This document shows, piece after piece, positions 1-8,648 of a stretch of DNA of 64,000 bases. The stretch is taken from assembly GCA_965247925.1 (NCBI GenBank), contig CBDFIB010000004.1:1051430-1115429 (forward strand), in the 5' to 3' direction. Below the pieces are notes generated by a model. That model was not told the origin of the DNA. It made no database searches and saw nothing but the letters and a program-made list of their open reading frames with translations. A program made the translations under genes and the position numbers. Within the stretch, counting starts at the first letter, position 1. Each line of letters begins with the position of its first letter. This DNA is from Dehalococcoidia bacterium (GTDB lineage Bacteria > Chloroflexota > Dehalococcoidia > UBA2979).

Positions 1-727
1 TGAACGTGAGCGCGGTGATCGGCCCCACGCCCGTGACCTGGCGCAGCGCTGCGGTCTCGGGGTGAGCCTCGCACAGCGCCTCGACCTCTCGGCCGGCCGC
101 CGCGATGCGCACGGTCAGCTCGCCTACCGCCTCCACCAGCGGCAGCAGCGCCGGGCGCAGCCCATCGGGGATGTGGTCCGCCGCCTTGCGGTGGAAGGCC
201 CCGGCCGTGCACGACGGCAGCGCGGCGCCGCAGGCCTTGACGGACCCGCGCACGTGGTTGATGAGCAGCGTCCTGGAGCGCACCAGTGCGTCGCGGGCGC
301 GCACCACGGCGAGGTCGTGCTGACTCTGCTCGCTCCTGTGGCGGATCGGTGCGAGCAGCTCCGGGTCGAAGCGCCCCAGCCGCGCCAGCCAGGCGGCGTC
401 GAGCCGGTCGGTCTTGCGCTGGTTGCGGGCGATCAGCGCGACCTGGCGCGGGTTGGCGACCACCACCTCGTGGCCGAGCTCCGTCACGACACGGCTCAGC
501 CACGGCGAGCGCGACCCCGCCTCGAGCACGACCCGCGACCGCGGGAGGCCGGTCAGCGCTGCGCCCAGCGCCGCCGCTGTGGTGCGGACGCGCCGCTCGC
601 GCAGCACCTCCCCGCCGGCACCGAGGGCGTGGACGTGGGTGTAGCGGTCGCCCACGTCGAGGCCGACGGTGATGGCGGGCCCATCCTTGCCCTCAATGCT
701 CCGCGTCGTTGCGCTATCCTGCTGCAT
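1..727 (-). CDS. IS110 family DEDD transposase, N-terminal 242 codons (3' part off window)
   Basis: Same sequence as the N-terminal part of the 362-aa ORF 39054..40142 (MQQDSATTRS...GLDVGDRYTHV...); start codon CAT at 725..727. Confidence 0.85.
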   Translation of the reverse strand, partial: MQQDSATTRSIEGKDGPAITVGLDVGDRYTHVHALGAGGEVLRERRVRTTAAALGAALTGLPRSRVVLEAGSRSPWLSRVVTELGHEVVVANPRQVALIARNQRKTDRLDAAWLARLGRFDPELLAPIRHRSEQSQHDLAVVRARDALVRSRTLLINHVRGSVKACGAALPSCTAGAFHRKAADHIPDGLRPALLPLVEAVGELTVRIAAAGREVEALCEAHPETAALRQVTGVGPITALTF

Positions 728-845
728 GGCCGGTCTCCTACCTCTCTCAGGCTCCTTGCCGAGCCGCTACCTGGCCCATCGAGGCCGTGCTCCCGGCGGA
801 GACGAGTATCCGCTGTGAGGAGGAGACCGGCCCTCATGCCTATCT
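1..845 (-). mobile_element. IS110-family (IS1111-like layout) insertion sequence, copy A, partial (continues past left edge)
   Basis: 1..845 matches 39416..40260 (copy B, identical translated ORFs); ends ...GCCTATCT at 845 just as copy B ends at 40260. Confidence 0.9.
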
Positions 846-2121
846 GAAGAAGCGCCTTTCGGGGTCTCGGAATGGCGAGAGGCGGCTTGAGGCCGCCTCC
901 GGCTTCGTGATCGCGGCCTCCTGACCTGCCTCCGGGTGCCTCTGGGGGCTCCTTGGCGGGGCGGAGGGCGCACTGCGCCTACGCCGCGGCAGTCTCGAGC
1001 CCGGCCATGCGCACCAGGTTGTAGGCGGCGGCGGTGAGTTCCAGCCAGCCGCGGTTGCGCTCGCGGCCCACGAAGCGCAGCTTGCGCCCGCCGCCCACGG
1101 TCTTCATCCAGCCGAAGACCTGCTCCACGATCTTGCGTCGCTTCTGACTCTGCCTGTAGCCGCGATGCCGCGTGGTACGCCCGTCCACGGCGCTGCTGCG
1201 GCGGCGGTCGTTTTGCGCCACGTGCGGCGTCACGCCGCGCGCGCGCAGCGCCGCCACGAAGTCGCGCGTGTCGTAGCCGCGGTCGGCGCCCAGCGTCCCG
1301 CAGCCGCTCACGCTGCGCTCCAGCATCGTGACCGCCGCTCGGCGTACCCGTTCGCCTCGGTCAGCTCCACATCCAGCACCAGGCCGTGCCGGTTCTCGGT
1401 CAGCAGATGGCCCAGGTAGCTCAGTTTCGCTGTCTGCCCCGACCCCTTTGTGTACAGCCGCGCCTCCGGGTCCGTGCCGGAACTATGCGTATCACGGCTG
1501 CGCCGCCGCCCCCGGAAGTCGACATCCGGGTTGCGCCCGCCCTGGGGTGGCTCCTGCTCGTCGCGCGGGCGGTAGCTCTTGAGCGAGGCCCAGGCCTCGA
1601 GCAGCGTCCCGTCCACCGTGAAGTGCTCGGCGGAGAGCAGCCGGCGCCGCTTCGCCTCGGCCACCACCTCGGCGAAGAAGGCGCGCGCGGCGTCCGCGGC
1701 GAGCAGGCGCTCGCGGTTCTTGGAGAAGGTCGAGGCGTCGAACGGTGCGTCTGAGATGTTGAGGTCGAGGAACCACTTGAAGAGCAGGTCGTAGCGCAGC
1801 CGCTCGCAGAACTGGCGCTCGCTGCGCACCGAGTAGAGGGCGATCAGCAGGCTCGCCTTGAGCAGGTGCTCGGGCGGGATCGAGGGCCGCTCGTTGAGTA
1901 CATCGTGTCGAACAGCCCCGAGAGCTGCTGCAGCGCGGAATCGACGATCGGTTTGATGCGGCGGATCGGGTGGTCGTCCGGGATGAAGGAGTCCGGCGTG
2001 ACCGCGAGCATGATGTTGGCCTGACGCTCGGCGTCACCGCGCATGGGGCAGCCTCCAGGCTACGCCCCCGCCGCCAGTCCTATCCTGCCAGACGACCGCC
2101 CCTTTTTCAGCAGCCTGCTAG
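846..2121 (-). mobile_element. IS5/IS1182-like insertion sequence, copy A (outer 11 nt of one terminal repeat displaced by IS110 copy A)
   Basis: 846..1872 matches 62974..64000 apart from a few SNPs; right terminus CAGCAGCCTGCTAG at 2108..2121 is the inverted copy of CTAGCAGGCTGCTG at 62961. Confidence 0.8.
979..2044 (-). pseudogene. IS5/IS1182-like DDE transposase split over three frames (two -1 shifts)
   Basis: ORFs 1844..2044, 1308..1829 and 979..1326 join into one transposase (FIPDDHPIRRI, ERLRYDLLFKWFLDL, GADRGYD, KIVEQVFGWMK) only after -1 shifts near 1890 and 1320. Confidence 0.8.
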
Positions 2122-2209
2122 GCGGCCCACCCAATCCCGAGACGGGCGAGCCCCCTCACCCCCGCCTCCTCCCCAAGGACAGGGAGCCGGACGCCCGTGA
2201 GCGCCCCGC

Positions 2210-3454
2210 CTACCCCCGAGGCAGGCCGAGGCCGCGGGTGGCGATGATGTTGCGCTGCACCTCGGAGGTGCCGCCGCGGATCGTCGCCGGGACGGCGCGC
2301 AGGTAGTTGTACGGCGGCGCGCCGCGCTGCGCGGCGTACGGGCTCTCCGGCCCATCCTCCGTGCCCTGCCCCCAGAGCTGCCCGTAGAGGCCGAAGGTCT
2401 TGATGCTCGTCGCGGAGAGCCGCTGCAGCAGCTCCGAGTTGTAGAGCTTCGCCGTCGACGCCTCGTAGTTCGGGACCATCCCCGCCGCCTGGATCGAGAT
2501 GATCCGCGCCGAGAACTGGAACATCACCTCCGTCTCGATCCGGCGGTCGGCGACCTCCGCACGCAGCGTGCCGCCGCTGCCCCCGAGGCGCGACTTCGCC
2601 GCGCCCTCCTCGCTCGCGCAGTAGGAGAGCAGCTTCTCGATGCCGAGCCGCATCGAGACCGCGCCCTCGATGTTGGAGCGCTCGAAGTCGAGCAGGTTCA
2701 TCGCGACGTACCAGCCGCGGTTCTCCTCGCCGACGATGTTGGCGACGGGCGTGCGCACCTCCTCGTAGAAGGTCTCGTTGAAGTAGTGGACGTCGCTCAT
2801 GTCGACCAGCGGCTGGACGCCGATGCCCGGCGTCCTGGCGTCGACGAGCAGGAACGAGATGCCTCGATGCTTCGGGGCGGTGGGGTCCGTGCGGGTGAGC
2901 AGGAAGAACCAGTCCGCGGTGTGCGCGGCGGAGGTCCAGATCTTCTGCCCGTTGATCACGTAGTCGTCGCCGTCGCGGCGCGCGCTGGTGGTGAGCGAGG
3001 CGAGGTCCGAGCCGGCCCCCGGCTCGGAGAAGCCCTGCGCCCACGTCACCTCGCCGGAGAGGATGCGCGGCAGGTGCTCGCGGCACTGCTCCTCGCTGCC
3101 GTTGAGGATCAGCGTCGGGCCCAGCATGTTGGTGCCGGAGCCGCCGACCGCCGGGGCGCCGGAGCGCGCCAGCTCCTGCTTGAGGATGAACTGCTCCATC
3201 GAGCTCAGCCCGCCGCCGCCGTACTCCTGCGGCCAGTGCGGCGCGACCCAGTGGTGCTCGGCGAGCGCGTCCGACCAGGCGACGGCGGCCTCGCGGCGCT
3301 CGGGATCCTCGGACTTGCGATCGAACTCCCACGTGCGCTCGAGGCGATGCGCGCCGACGCCGCCGCTGCGGTAGCGCGCCGGGAGGCGCTCGGCGATCAG
3401 GCTGCGGACCTTCTCGCGGAAGTCCTGCTGCTCCTCGGTGTCGCTCCAGTCCAT
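2210..3454 (-). CDS. acyl-CoA dehydrogenase family protein
   Basis: 414-aa ORF with ACAD-like layout and C-terminal GGTSEVQRNIIA motif; high GC3. Confidence 0.9.
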   Translation of the reverse strand: MDWSDTEEQQDFREKVRSLIAERLPARYRSGGVGAHRLERTWEFDRKSEDPERREAAVAWSDALAEHHWVAPHWPQEYGGGGLSSMEQFILKQELARSGAPAVGGSGTNMLGPTLILNGSEEQCREHLPRILSGEVTWAQGFSEPGAGSDLASLTTSARRDGDDYVINGQKIWTSAAHTADWFFLLTRTDPTAPKHRGISFLLVDARTPGIGVQPLVDMSDVHYFNETFYEEVRTPVANIVGEENRGWYVAMNLLDFERSNIEGAVSMRLGIEKLLSYCASEEGAAKSRLGGSGGTLRAEVADRRIETEVMFQFSARIISIQAAGMVPNYEASTAKLYNSELLQRLSATSIKTFGLYGQLWGQGTEDGPESPYAAQRGAPPYNYLRAVPATIRGGTSEVQRNIIATRGLGLPRG

Positions 3455-3518
3455 CGTTCGCTCCCGCCTTGCGGCCGTCCCGGCCGCGCTGTGCAGTCCC
3501 GACCTCTGCGATTCCGTC

Positions 3519-4772
3519 CTATGCGATGACGCCGGCCTCGCGCAGCGAGGCCAATTCCTCCGTGCTGAATCCGTGTTCCTGCAGCACCTCGTCCGTGTCG
3601 GCGGCGTAGGCCGGGGCCGGGCCCTGCACGGCCGTCGGCGTCTCCGACATCTGCACCACCGGCCCCGGCACTCGCTGTGGCCCGGTGATCGGGTGCTCCA
3701 GCTCCCACATCAACCCGAGCGCCCGCACCTGCTCGTCCTCCGGCAGGTCCTCGGGGAAGCGCACCGGCGAGGCGGCGACACCGCCCTCCTCGAAGCGCTC
3801 CATCCACTCCGCGACCGTGTGCTCGCGCATCATGCGCTCGATCTGCGACTTCCACTGCTCGAAGCGCCGCTCGTTCTCCGGGTCCGTCGAGTCGTAATCG
3901 GGGCTGTCGCCGTCGTCGTTGACGCCGAGCACGGCGCGCGCGGCGGCGCGCAGCGGTGGCGTGAGGCAGCCGAGGGCGATCGCGCCGTCCTTCGCCTGGT
4001 AGGAGCCGTAGTAGAGGCGCGGCGGGCCGGCCTCGGTGATGCGATGGCGGTCGCGGATCGCCATCTGATCGCGATAGGGCCGGCCGTTGGCGCGCGCCTC
4101 CGCGATCTCGGCGAGCATCGGATCGCGCGTCACGGAGTCGCTGACGGGCTCCTCCATCACGTGGTAGTCAAGCAGCGAGAGCGCGGTGCGCAGCATCGAG
4201 GCCTGGATCAGCTGCCCCTTGCCCGTGCGCTCGCGGTGGTAGAGCGCGCTCGCGATCGCCATCGCCGAGGTCAGCCCGGTCGCGTAGTCGACGATCGGCG
4301 GGCGCGTGTACTGCGGGGTGCCCTCGTGGTCGGTGCGGCCGATCACGGACATCAGGCCGGTGTAGGCGGTCATCGCGCCGTCCGTCGCCGGCTCGAACGC
4401 TCGCGGGCCCTCGCTGCCGTAGGCGCTGATCTCGCAGTAGATCAGGCCGGGGTGGAGGCCGGAGAGCACCTCGTAGCCCACGCCGAGGCGTTCCGGCACG
4501 CCGGGGCGCATGTTGTGCATCAGCACGTCGAAGCGCGGGACGAGGCGCTGGATCAGCGCCTGGCCGCGCTCGTCCTTGAGGTCGACGGCGATCGCGCGCT
4601 TGCCGCGGTTGAGCGACTGGAAGCGCTTGCCCTCGCGGGGTACGACGGCGCCGACGTTGCGGTAGTGCTCGCCCTCGCGCGGCTCGACCTTGATCACGTC
4701 GGCGCCGAGGTCGGAGAGGTTGACGCCGCAGTAGGGCCCTGCGGCGATCTGCGAGAACTCGAGCACGCGCAC
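3519..4772 (-). CDS. family III CoA-transferase (CaiB/BaiF type), possibly lacking its first few codons
   Basis: RVLEFSQIAAGPYCG...LGADVIKVEP motif; GTG start. In-frame upstream codons still read ALDG but have no start codon and run into IS481-derived DNA. Confidence 0.85.
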   Translation of the reverse strand: MRVLEFSQIAAGPYCGVNLSDLGADVIKVEPREGEHYRNVGAVVPREGKRFQSLNRGKRAIAVDLKDERGQALIQRLVPRFDVLMHNMRPGVPERLGVGYEVLSGLHPGLIYCEISAYGSEGPRAFEPATDGAMTAYTGLMSVIGRTDHEGTPQYTRPPIVDYATGLTSAMAIASALYHRERTGKGQLIQASMLRTALSLLDYHVMEEPVSDSVTRDPMLAEIAEARANGRPYRDQMAIRDRHRITEAGPPRLYYGSYQAKDGAIALGCLTPPLRAAARAVLGVNDDGDSPDYDSTDPENERRFEQWKSQIERMMREHTVAEWMERFEEGGVAASPVRFPEDLPEDEQVRALGLMWELEHPITGPQRVPGPVVQMSETPTAVQGPAPAYAADTDEVLQEHGFSTEELASLREAGVIA

Positions 4773-4780
4773 GCCGTCGA

Positions 4781-5467
4781 GTGCACGGCTGGAGCGCGCG
4801 ATCGAGCGCCTGCGCCGTCCACCGCGTGCTGTGCCGCCGCGGCCTCAACCGCCTCGCCTGGCTCGACCGCCCGAGCGGGCAGCTGATCCGCCGCCCCCGG
4901 CGCTACGAGCATGCCCGCCCGGGCGACCTGCTGCACATCGACGTCAAGAAGCTGGGGCGCATGCCCCCGGGCGGCGGCTGGCGCGCCCACGGACGGGGCC
5001 AGGCGCCGCGCAGCCGCGCCGGCTACGCCTTCATCCACTCCGCCGTGGACGACCACACGCGCCTCGCCTACAGCGAGATCCTCGCGGACGAGCGCGCCGT
5101 CAGCGCGGCCGCCTTCCTGCAGCGGGCGTGGGCCTGGTTCGCCGAGCTCGGCATCGAGGTGCGGGCCGTGCTCACCGATAATGGCGGCGCCTACAAGAGC
5201 CGCCTGTTCAGCTCCGCCTGCCGCCTCAGCGGCGTGCGGGCGAAGCGGACCCGGCCCTACCGCCCGCAAACCAACGGCAAGGTCGAGCGCTTCCACCGCA
5301 CGCTGCTCGAGGAGTGGGCCTACGTCCGCGTCTACCGCAGCGAGGCCGAACGCGCAGCCGCCCTCGGACCCTGGCTGCACCGCTACAATCATCACCGTTG
5401 CCACACCGCGATCGGAGGCGAACCCCCGATCAGCCGTGTCAACAACGTCCCGGGACTCTACACCTAG
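4781..5467 (+). pseudogene. IS481 family transposase, 5'-truncated (HTH region missing)
   Basis: HRVLCRRGLNRL...HIDVKKLGR...DNGGAYKS...RPYRPQTNGKVERFHRTL integrase-core motifs; about 60-90 N-terminal residues absent. Confidence 0.8.
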
Positions 5468-5721
5468 GCACCAGCGCAGTGCATCATGGGAATGACAACC
5501 CGATCTGGCCCCACCGTGATGATCGGTTCTGGGAGCGCCAAGCTAACTGGTGTTTGGGGAGGAGGTGGAAGTCCTCTGCGGCAAAGGAACAAGCCATTCC
5601 ATGCCGCTCCGCGAGCCGTGCGCGGGTCACCGCGAGGTGGCCCGTGAAGCGTCGGTAGCGGGGTATGCGGGCAGAGCTATTGAGCATCGAAAGGACAATC
5701 CGGAGTGCCGAGACCCTCTAG

Positions 5722-6897
5722 GGATGGTCTGAACAACTCGCCTGAGCGAGTGAGCGGATGCGATCATGGGCGGACCCGGAGAGGGGCGCCCCATGCAGCA
5801 GCGTTCGTTCGGCAGCGTCGAGTACGAGCACAAGAAGGTCAAGACACGGCGCCAGAGGTTTCTGGAGCGCATGGACGGGCTCGTCCCCTGGGCTGAGCTG
5901 GAGCAGCGCATCGCGCCCGTCTACCCGAAGCCGGGCCGCGGACGCCGCCCCTACCCGCTGCGCGTGATGCTGCGCATCCACTGCCTCCAGCTCTGGTTCA
6001 ACCTCAGCGACCCCGGCATGGAGCAGGAACTCTACGACTCCCGCTCGATGCTCGAGTTCGCCGGTCTCAGCCTCTCCGAGCCGATCCCCGATGAGACGAC
6101 GATCCTCAACTTCCGCCACCTGCTGGAGCGCCATCAGCTGGGAACGGAGCTGTTCGCGACGATCAACGCGCATCTGGCACGGCAGGGGCTGCAGCTGTGC
6201 GAGGGCACGATCGTGGACTCCACGATCATCAGCGCGCCGTCCTCGACGAAGAACCGCGAGCGAGCGCGCGACCCCGAGATGCACCAGACCAGAAAGGGCC
6301 GGCAGTGGTACTTCGGGATGAAGCTGCACAGCGGCACGGATGCGCGGACGGGGCTGGTCCACAGCGTGCACACGACGGCGGCGAACGTCTCCGACGTGAC
6401 CGAGGCGCATCGCCTGTTGCACGGAGGTGAGAGCGCGGTGTGGGGCGATGCCGGCTACCAGGGAGTGGAGAAGCGCCCGGAGCACGCGGGTTCGGAGGTG
6501 CGCTGGCAGGTGGCGATGCGCCCGGGTCTCAGGCGGCTGCTGCCGCCGGGCGGCACCGAGGCACAGGCGGAGCGGCGCAAGGCCTCGGTGCGTGCGAAGG
6601 CCGAGCATCCATTTCTCTACGTGAAGCGGCACTTCGGGTACGCGAAGGTCCGCTACCGGGGCCTGGAGAAGAACCACCAGCGTCTCGCGCTGCTGCTCGG
6701 TTTCACGAACCTGCTGCGAGCCGAGCCTCAACTCGCGTGATCGCGGGAGCGCTGCGTCCGGAATCGCTCGTGCGGGCGATCCCGCAGCGGAATGGGGGCG
6801 GGATCGCCCCCTGAACCGCGGTATCGGCCCCCACAGCGCGGCTCGGCACGCCGATCGACCCGCACCGCGCCCGATACGCCACCTGATCAGACCATCC
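5722..6897 (+). mobile_element. IS5-group insertion sequence (IS5 family) inserted in the intron
   Basis: Inverted termini GGATGGTCTGAACA / TGATCAGACCATCC; 4-bp target duplication CTAG at 5718..5721 and 6898..6901; intron copy 2 has one uninterrupted CTAG here. Confidence 0.9.
5766..6740 (+). CDS. IS5 family transposase (InsH-like)
   Basis: 324-aa ORF closely resembling E. coli IS5 InsH as I recall it (RPYPLRVMLRIHCLQLWFNLSDP, DPEMHQTRKGRQWYFGMK, AEHPFLYVKRHFGYAKVRYRGL). Confidence 0.9.
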   Translation: MGGPGEGRPMQQRSFGSVEYEHKKVKTRRQRFLERMDGLVPWAELEQRIAPVYPKPGRGRRPYPLRVMLRIHCLQLWFNLSDPGMEQELYDSRSMLEFAGLSLSEPIPDETTILNFRHLLERHQLGTELFATINAHLARQGLQLCEGTIVDSTIISAPSSTKNRERARDPEMHQTRKGRQWYFGMKLHSGTDARTGLVHSVHTTAANVSDVTEAHRLLHGGESAVWGDAGYQGVEKRPEHAGSEVRWQVAMRPGLRRLLPPGGTEAQAERRKASVRAKAEHPFLYVKRHFGYAKVRYRGLEKNHQRLALLLGFTNLLRAEPQLA

Positions 6898-7073
6898 CTA
6901 GTTGGTTGAAGGCAGCACCGGCCACGGCGTGATGGGCGAGACGTGGCCGGGCTCCGCGGTGTCGAAGAACTCATGCACGCATGCACGTCCAACACCGGGA
7001 CTTGGGAGGGCTGCGCGCCGTCCCGGCGGGTCGTACGCCGGGACCGCATCGGGAAGGGAAGCAACCGGAGCCG

Positions 7074-8573
7074 ATGATGCACGACGCGCAGCAGTCTGAC
7101 GCGGGCGTAGTAGCGATGAAGGCGGCGAACAAGGGGGAGCAATTCCCGGCGGAGCCGCTGGAGCGAAGGGCCGCGGCCGAGAGGAATCCGCGAAGCACCG
7201 GCACGGTCCGGACGCAGAGTCGGGGTGCGGTGTCACCTGGAGCGGAGCGGATACGGCAGTTTGCAAAGGAGAATCCGGGGGAGAGGCTCACCGCGCTTCT
7301 GCACCACATCACGCCGGAGGCGCTCCGGGATGCGTATCTCGCGCTCAAGCGGGACGCAGCCCCGGGCGTGGACGGGATGACATGGCGCGAGTACGGGGAC
7401 GGGCTGGACGAGCGATTGCTCGACCTGCACGGCCGCGTACACCGTGGAGCGTACCGGGCGACTCCCGTGCGGCGGGTGGAGATCCCGAAGCCGGACGGGG
7501 GCGTGCGACCGCTGGGTATTGCGTCGCTGGAGGACAAGATCGTCCAGCGGGCGGTGGTGGAGCAGATCCTGAACCCGATCTACGAATCGGAGTTCTACGG
7601 ATTCAACTACGGGTTCAGGCCGGGGCGCTCGGCGCACGATGCGCTGGACGCGCTGGCCTACGCGGTGGATCGGCGCAAGGTCAACTGGATAGGGGAGGTG
7701 GACATCCGCCAGTACTTCGACAGCATCGACCGGGAGCAGCTGATGCAGCTCCTGGAGATGCGCATCGGGGACCAGCGGGTACTGCGTCTCATCCGGAAGT
7801 GGCTGAACGCCGGCGTCATCGACGCGGGGCTGGAGGTCGACGTGGTGCGGGGGACGCCGCAGGGGGCGGTGATATCGCCGCTGCTGGCGAACGTGTACCT
7901 GCACCACGTGCTGGACCGTTGGTTCGCGCGGGAATGGCGGCCGCGGGAGGTCCGGGGCGAGGCGTATCTCGTGAGGTACGCCGATGATTTCGTCCTGGGG
8001 TTTGAGCGCCGCAGCGATGCGGAGCGATTCATGGAGGCGGTCGGGGAGCGGTTCGCTACGTACGGACTGGAAGTGCACCCGGAGAAGACGCGCCTGTTGG
8101 AGTTCGGCAGGTTCGCGAGAGCGGACCGTGCGAAGCGCGGGGAAGGACGACCGGAGACGTTCGACTTTCTCGGGTTCACGCATTACTGCCGGACTCAGCG
8201 GAACGGGCGTTTCGGGCTGGGGCGCAAGCCGGTGGCGAAGCGAATGCGCCGCACACTGCAGGCCATCAAGGCCGAGTTGCGGAAACGCATGCACGCGAAC
8301 CCGAAGGTGACGGGTCGGTGGCTCGGGCGGGTGCTGCGCGGGTGGCTTGGCTACTACGCGGTGCCGACGAGCGCTCCGTCGCTGTCGCGGTTCGTCTGGT
8401 TTCTGAGGCGGCTGTGGCTGCGCGTCCTCCACCGGAGGTCGCAGCGGGGCTACTTCACCTGGGAGCGCCTGAACGCACTGTGCCGGGAACTCTGGCCCCG
8501 CGTCACTATCCTCCATCCGTGGCCGTCGGAGCGATTTGCCGTCAGGACTCAAGGCGGGAGCCGTATGCGTTAA
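7074..8573 (+). CDS. group II intron reverse transcriptase/maturase (copy 1)
   Basis: RT motifs incl. YADD (RYADDFVLGF), TPQGAVISPLLANVYL and maturase X region; no HNH tail. ATG at 7074 follows GGAG (track ORF starts 6981). One aa difference from copy 2 (G vs V in NWI-G/V-EVDI). Confidence 0.85.
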   Translation: MMHDAQQSDAGVVAMKAANKGEQFPAEPLERRAAAERNPRSTGTVRTQSRGAVSPGAERIRQFAKENPGERLTALLHHITPEALRDAYLALKRDAAPGVDGMTWREYGDGLDERLLDLHGRVHRGAYRATPVRRVEIPKPDGGVRPLGIASLEDKIVQRAVVEQILNPIYESEFYGFNYGFRPGRSAHDALDALAYAVDRRKVNWIGEVDIRQYFDSIDREQLMQLLEMRIGDQRVLRLIRKWLNAGVIDAGLEVDVVRGTPQGAVISPLLANVYLHHVLDRWFAREWRPREVRGEAYLVRYADDFVLGFERRSDAERFMEAVGERFATYGLEVHPEKTRLLEFGRFARADRAKRGEGRPETFDFLGFTHYCRTQRNGRFGLGRKPVAKRMRRTLQAIKAELRKRMHANPKVTGRWLGRVLRGWLGYYAVPTSAPSLSRFVWFLRRLWLRVLHRRSQRGYFTWERLNALCRELWPRVTILHPWPSERFAVRTQGGSRMR

Positions 8574-8589
8574 CGCGCTCGTACGGATC
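8558..8589 (+). ncRNA. group II intron domain V-like hairpin (copy 1; equivalent segment near 17185..17216 in copy 2)
   Basis: GAGCCGTATGCG-TTAA-CGCGCTCGTACGGATC resembles the bacterial domain V consensus GAGCCGUAUGCG...GUACGGUUC with the AGC triad; followed by a GC-rich GCAA-loop hairpin (domain VI-like). Confidence 0.6.
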
Positions 8590-8648
8590 CGTGCGGGGGG
8601 CGCCGGGCAACCGGCGCTCCTACCGCGAGCCCCAGCCTGTGGTCGTGA

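Larger units (their letters stand above)
5533..8629 (+). mobile_element. Group II intron copy 1 (RT/maturase-encoding, no endonuclease domain), interrupted by IS5
   Basis: Collinear with copy 2 (15344..17256) except for the IS5 insertion and a 4-nt indel at about 5689; RT ORF, domain V and VI-like 3' end. Boundaries inferred from copy comparison and an empty site. Confidence 0.8.

Noticed and set aside
2118-4886. Long alternative-frame or antisense ORFs over the acyl-CoA dehydrogenase and CoA-transferase genes (2118..3332, 2786..3529, 3438..4886). Similar cases: 26381..27403, 26755..27693, 28606..29613, 41392..42144, 43826..44698, 47171..48439, 52396..53388, 55820..56860
   Set aside because: Each overlaps a gene with clear family motifs on the other strand or frame. 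Their translations are Arg/Ala/Gly/Pro-rich, as expected for non-coding frames in GC-rich DNA.
7233-8552. 439-aa ORFs antisense to both intron RT genes (also 15860..17179)
   Set aside because: They are mirror ORFs of a strongly supported RT gene, with Arg/Pro-rich low-complexity translation and no motifs.
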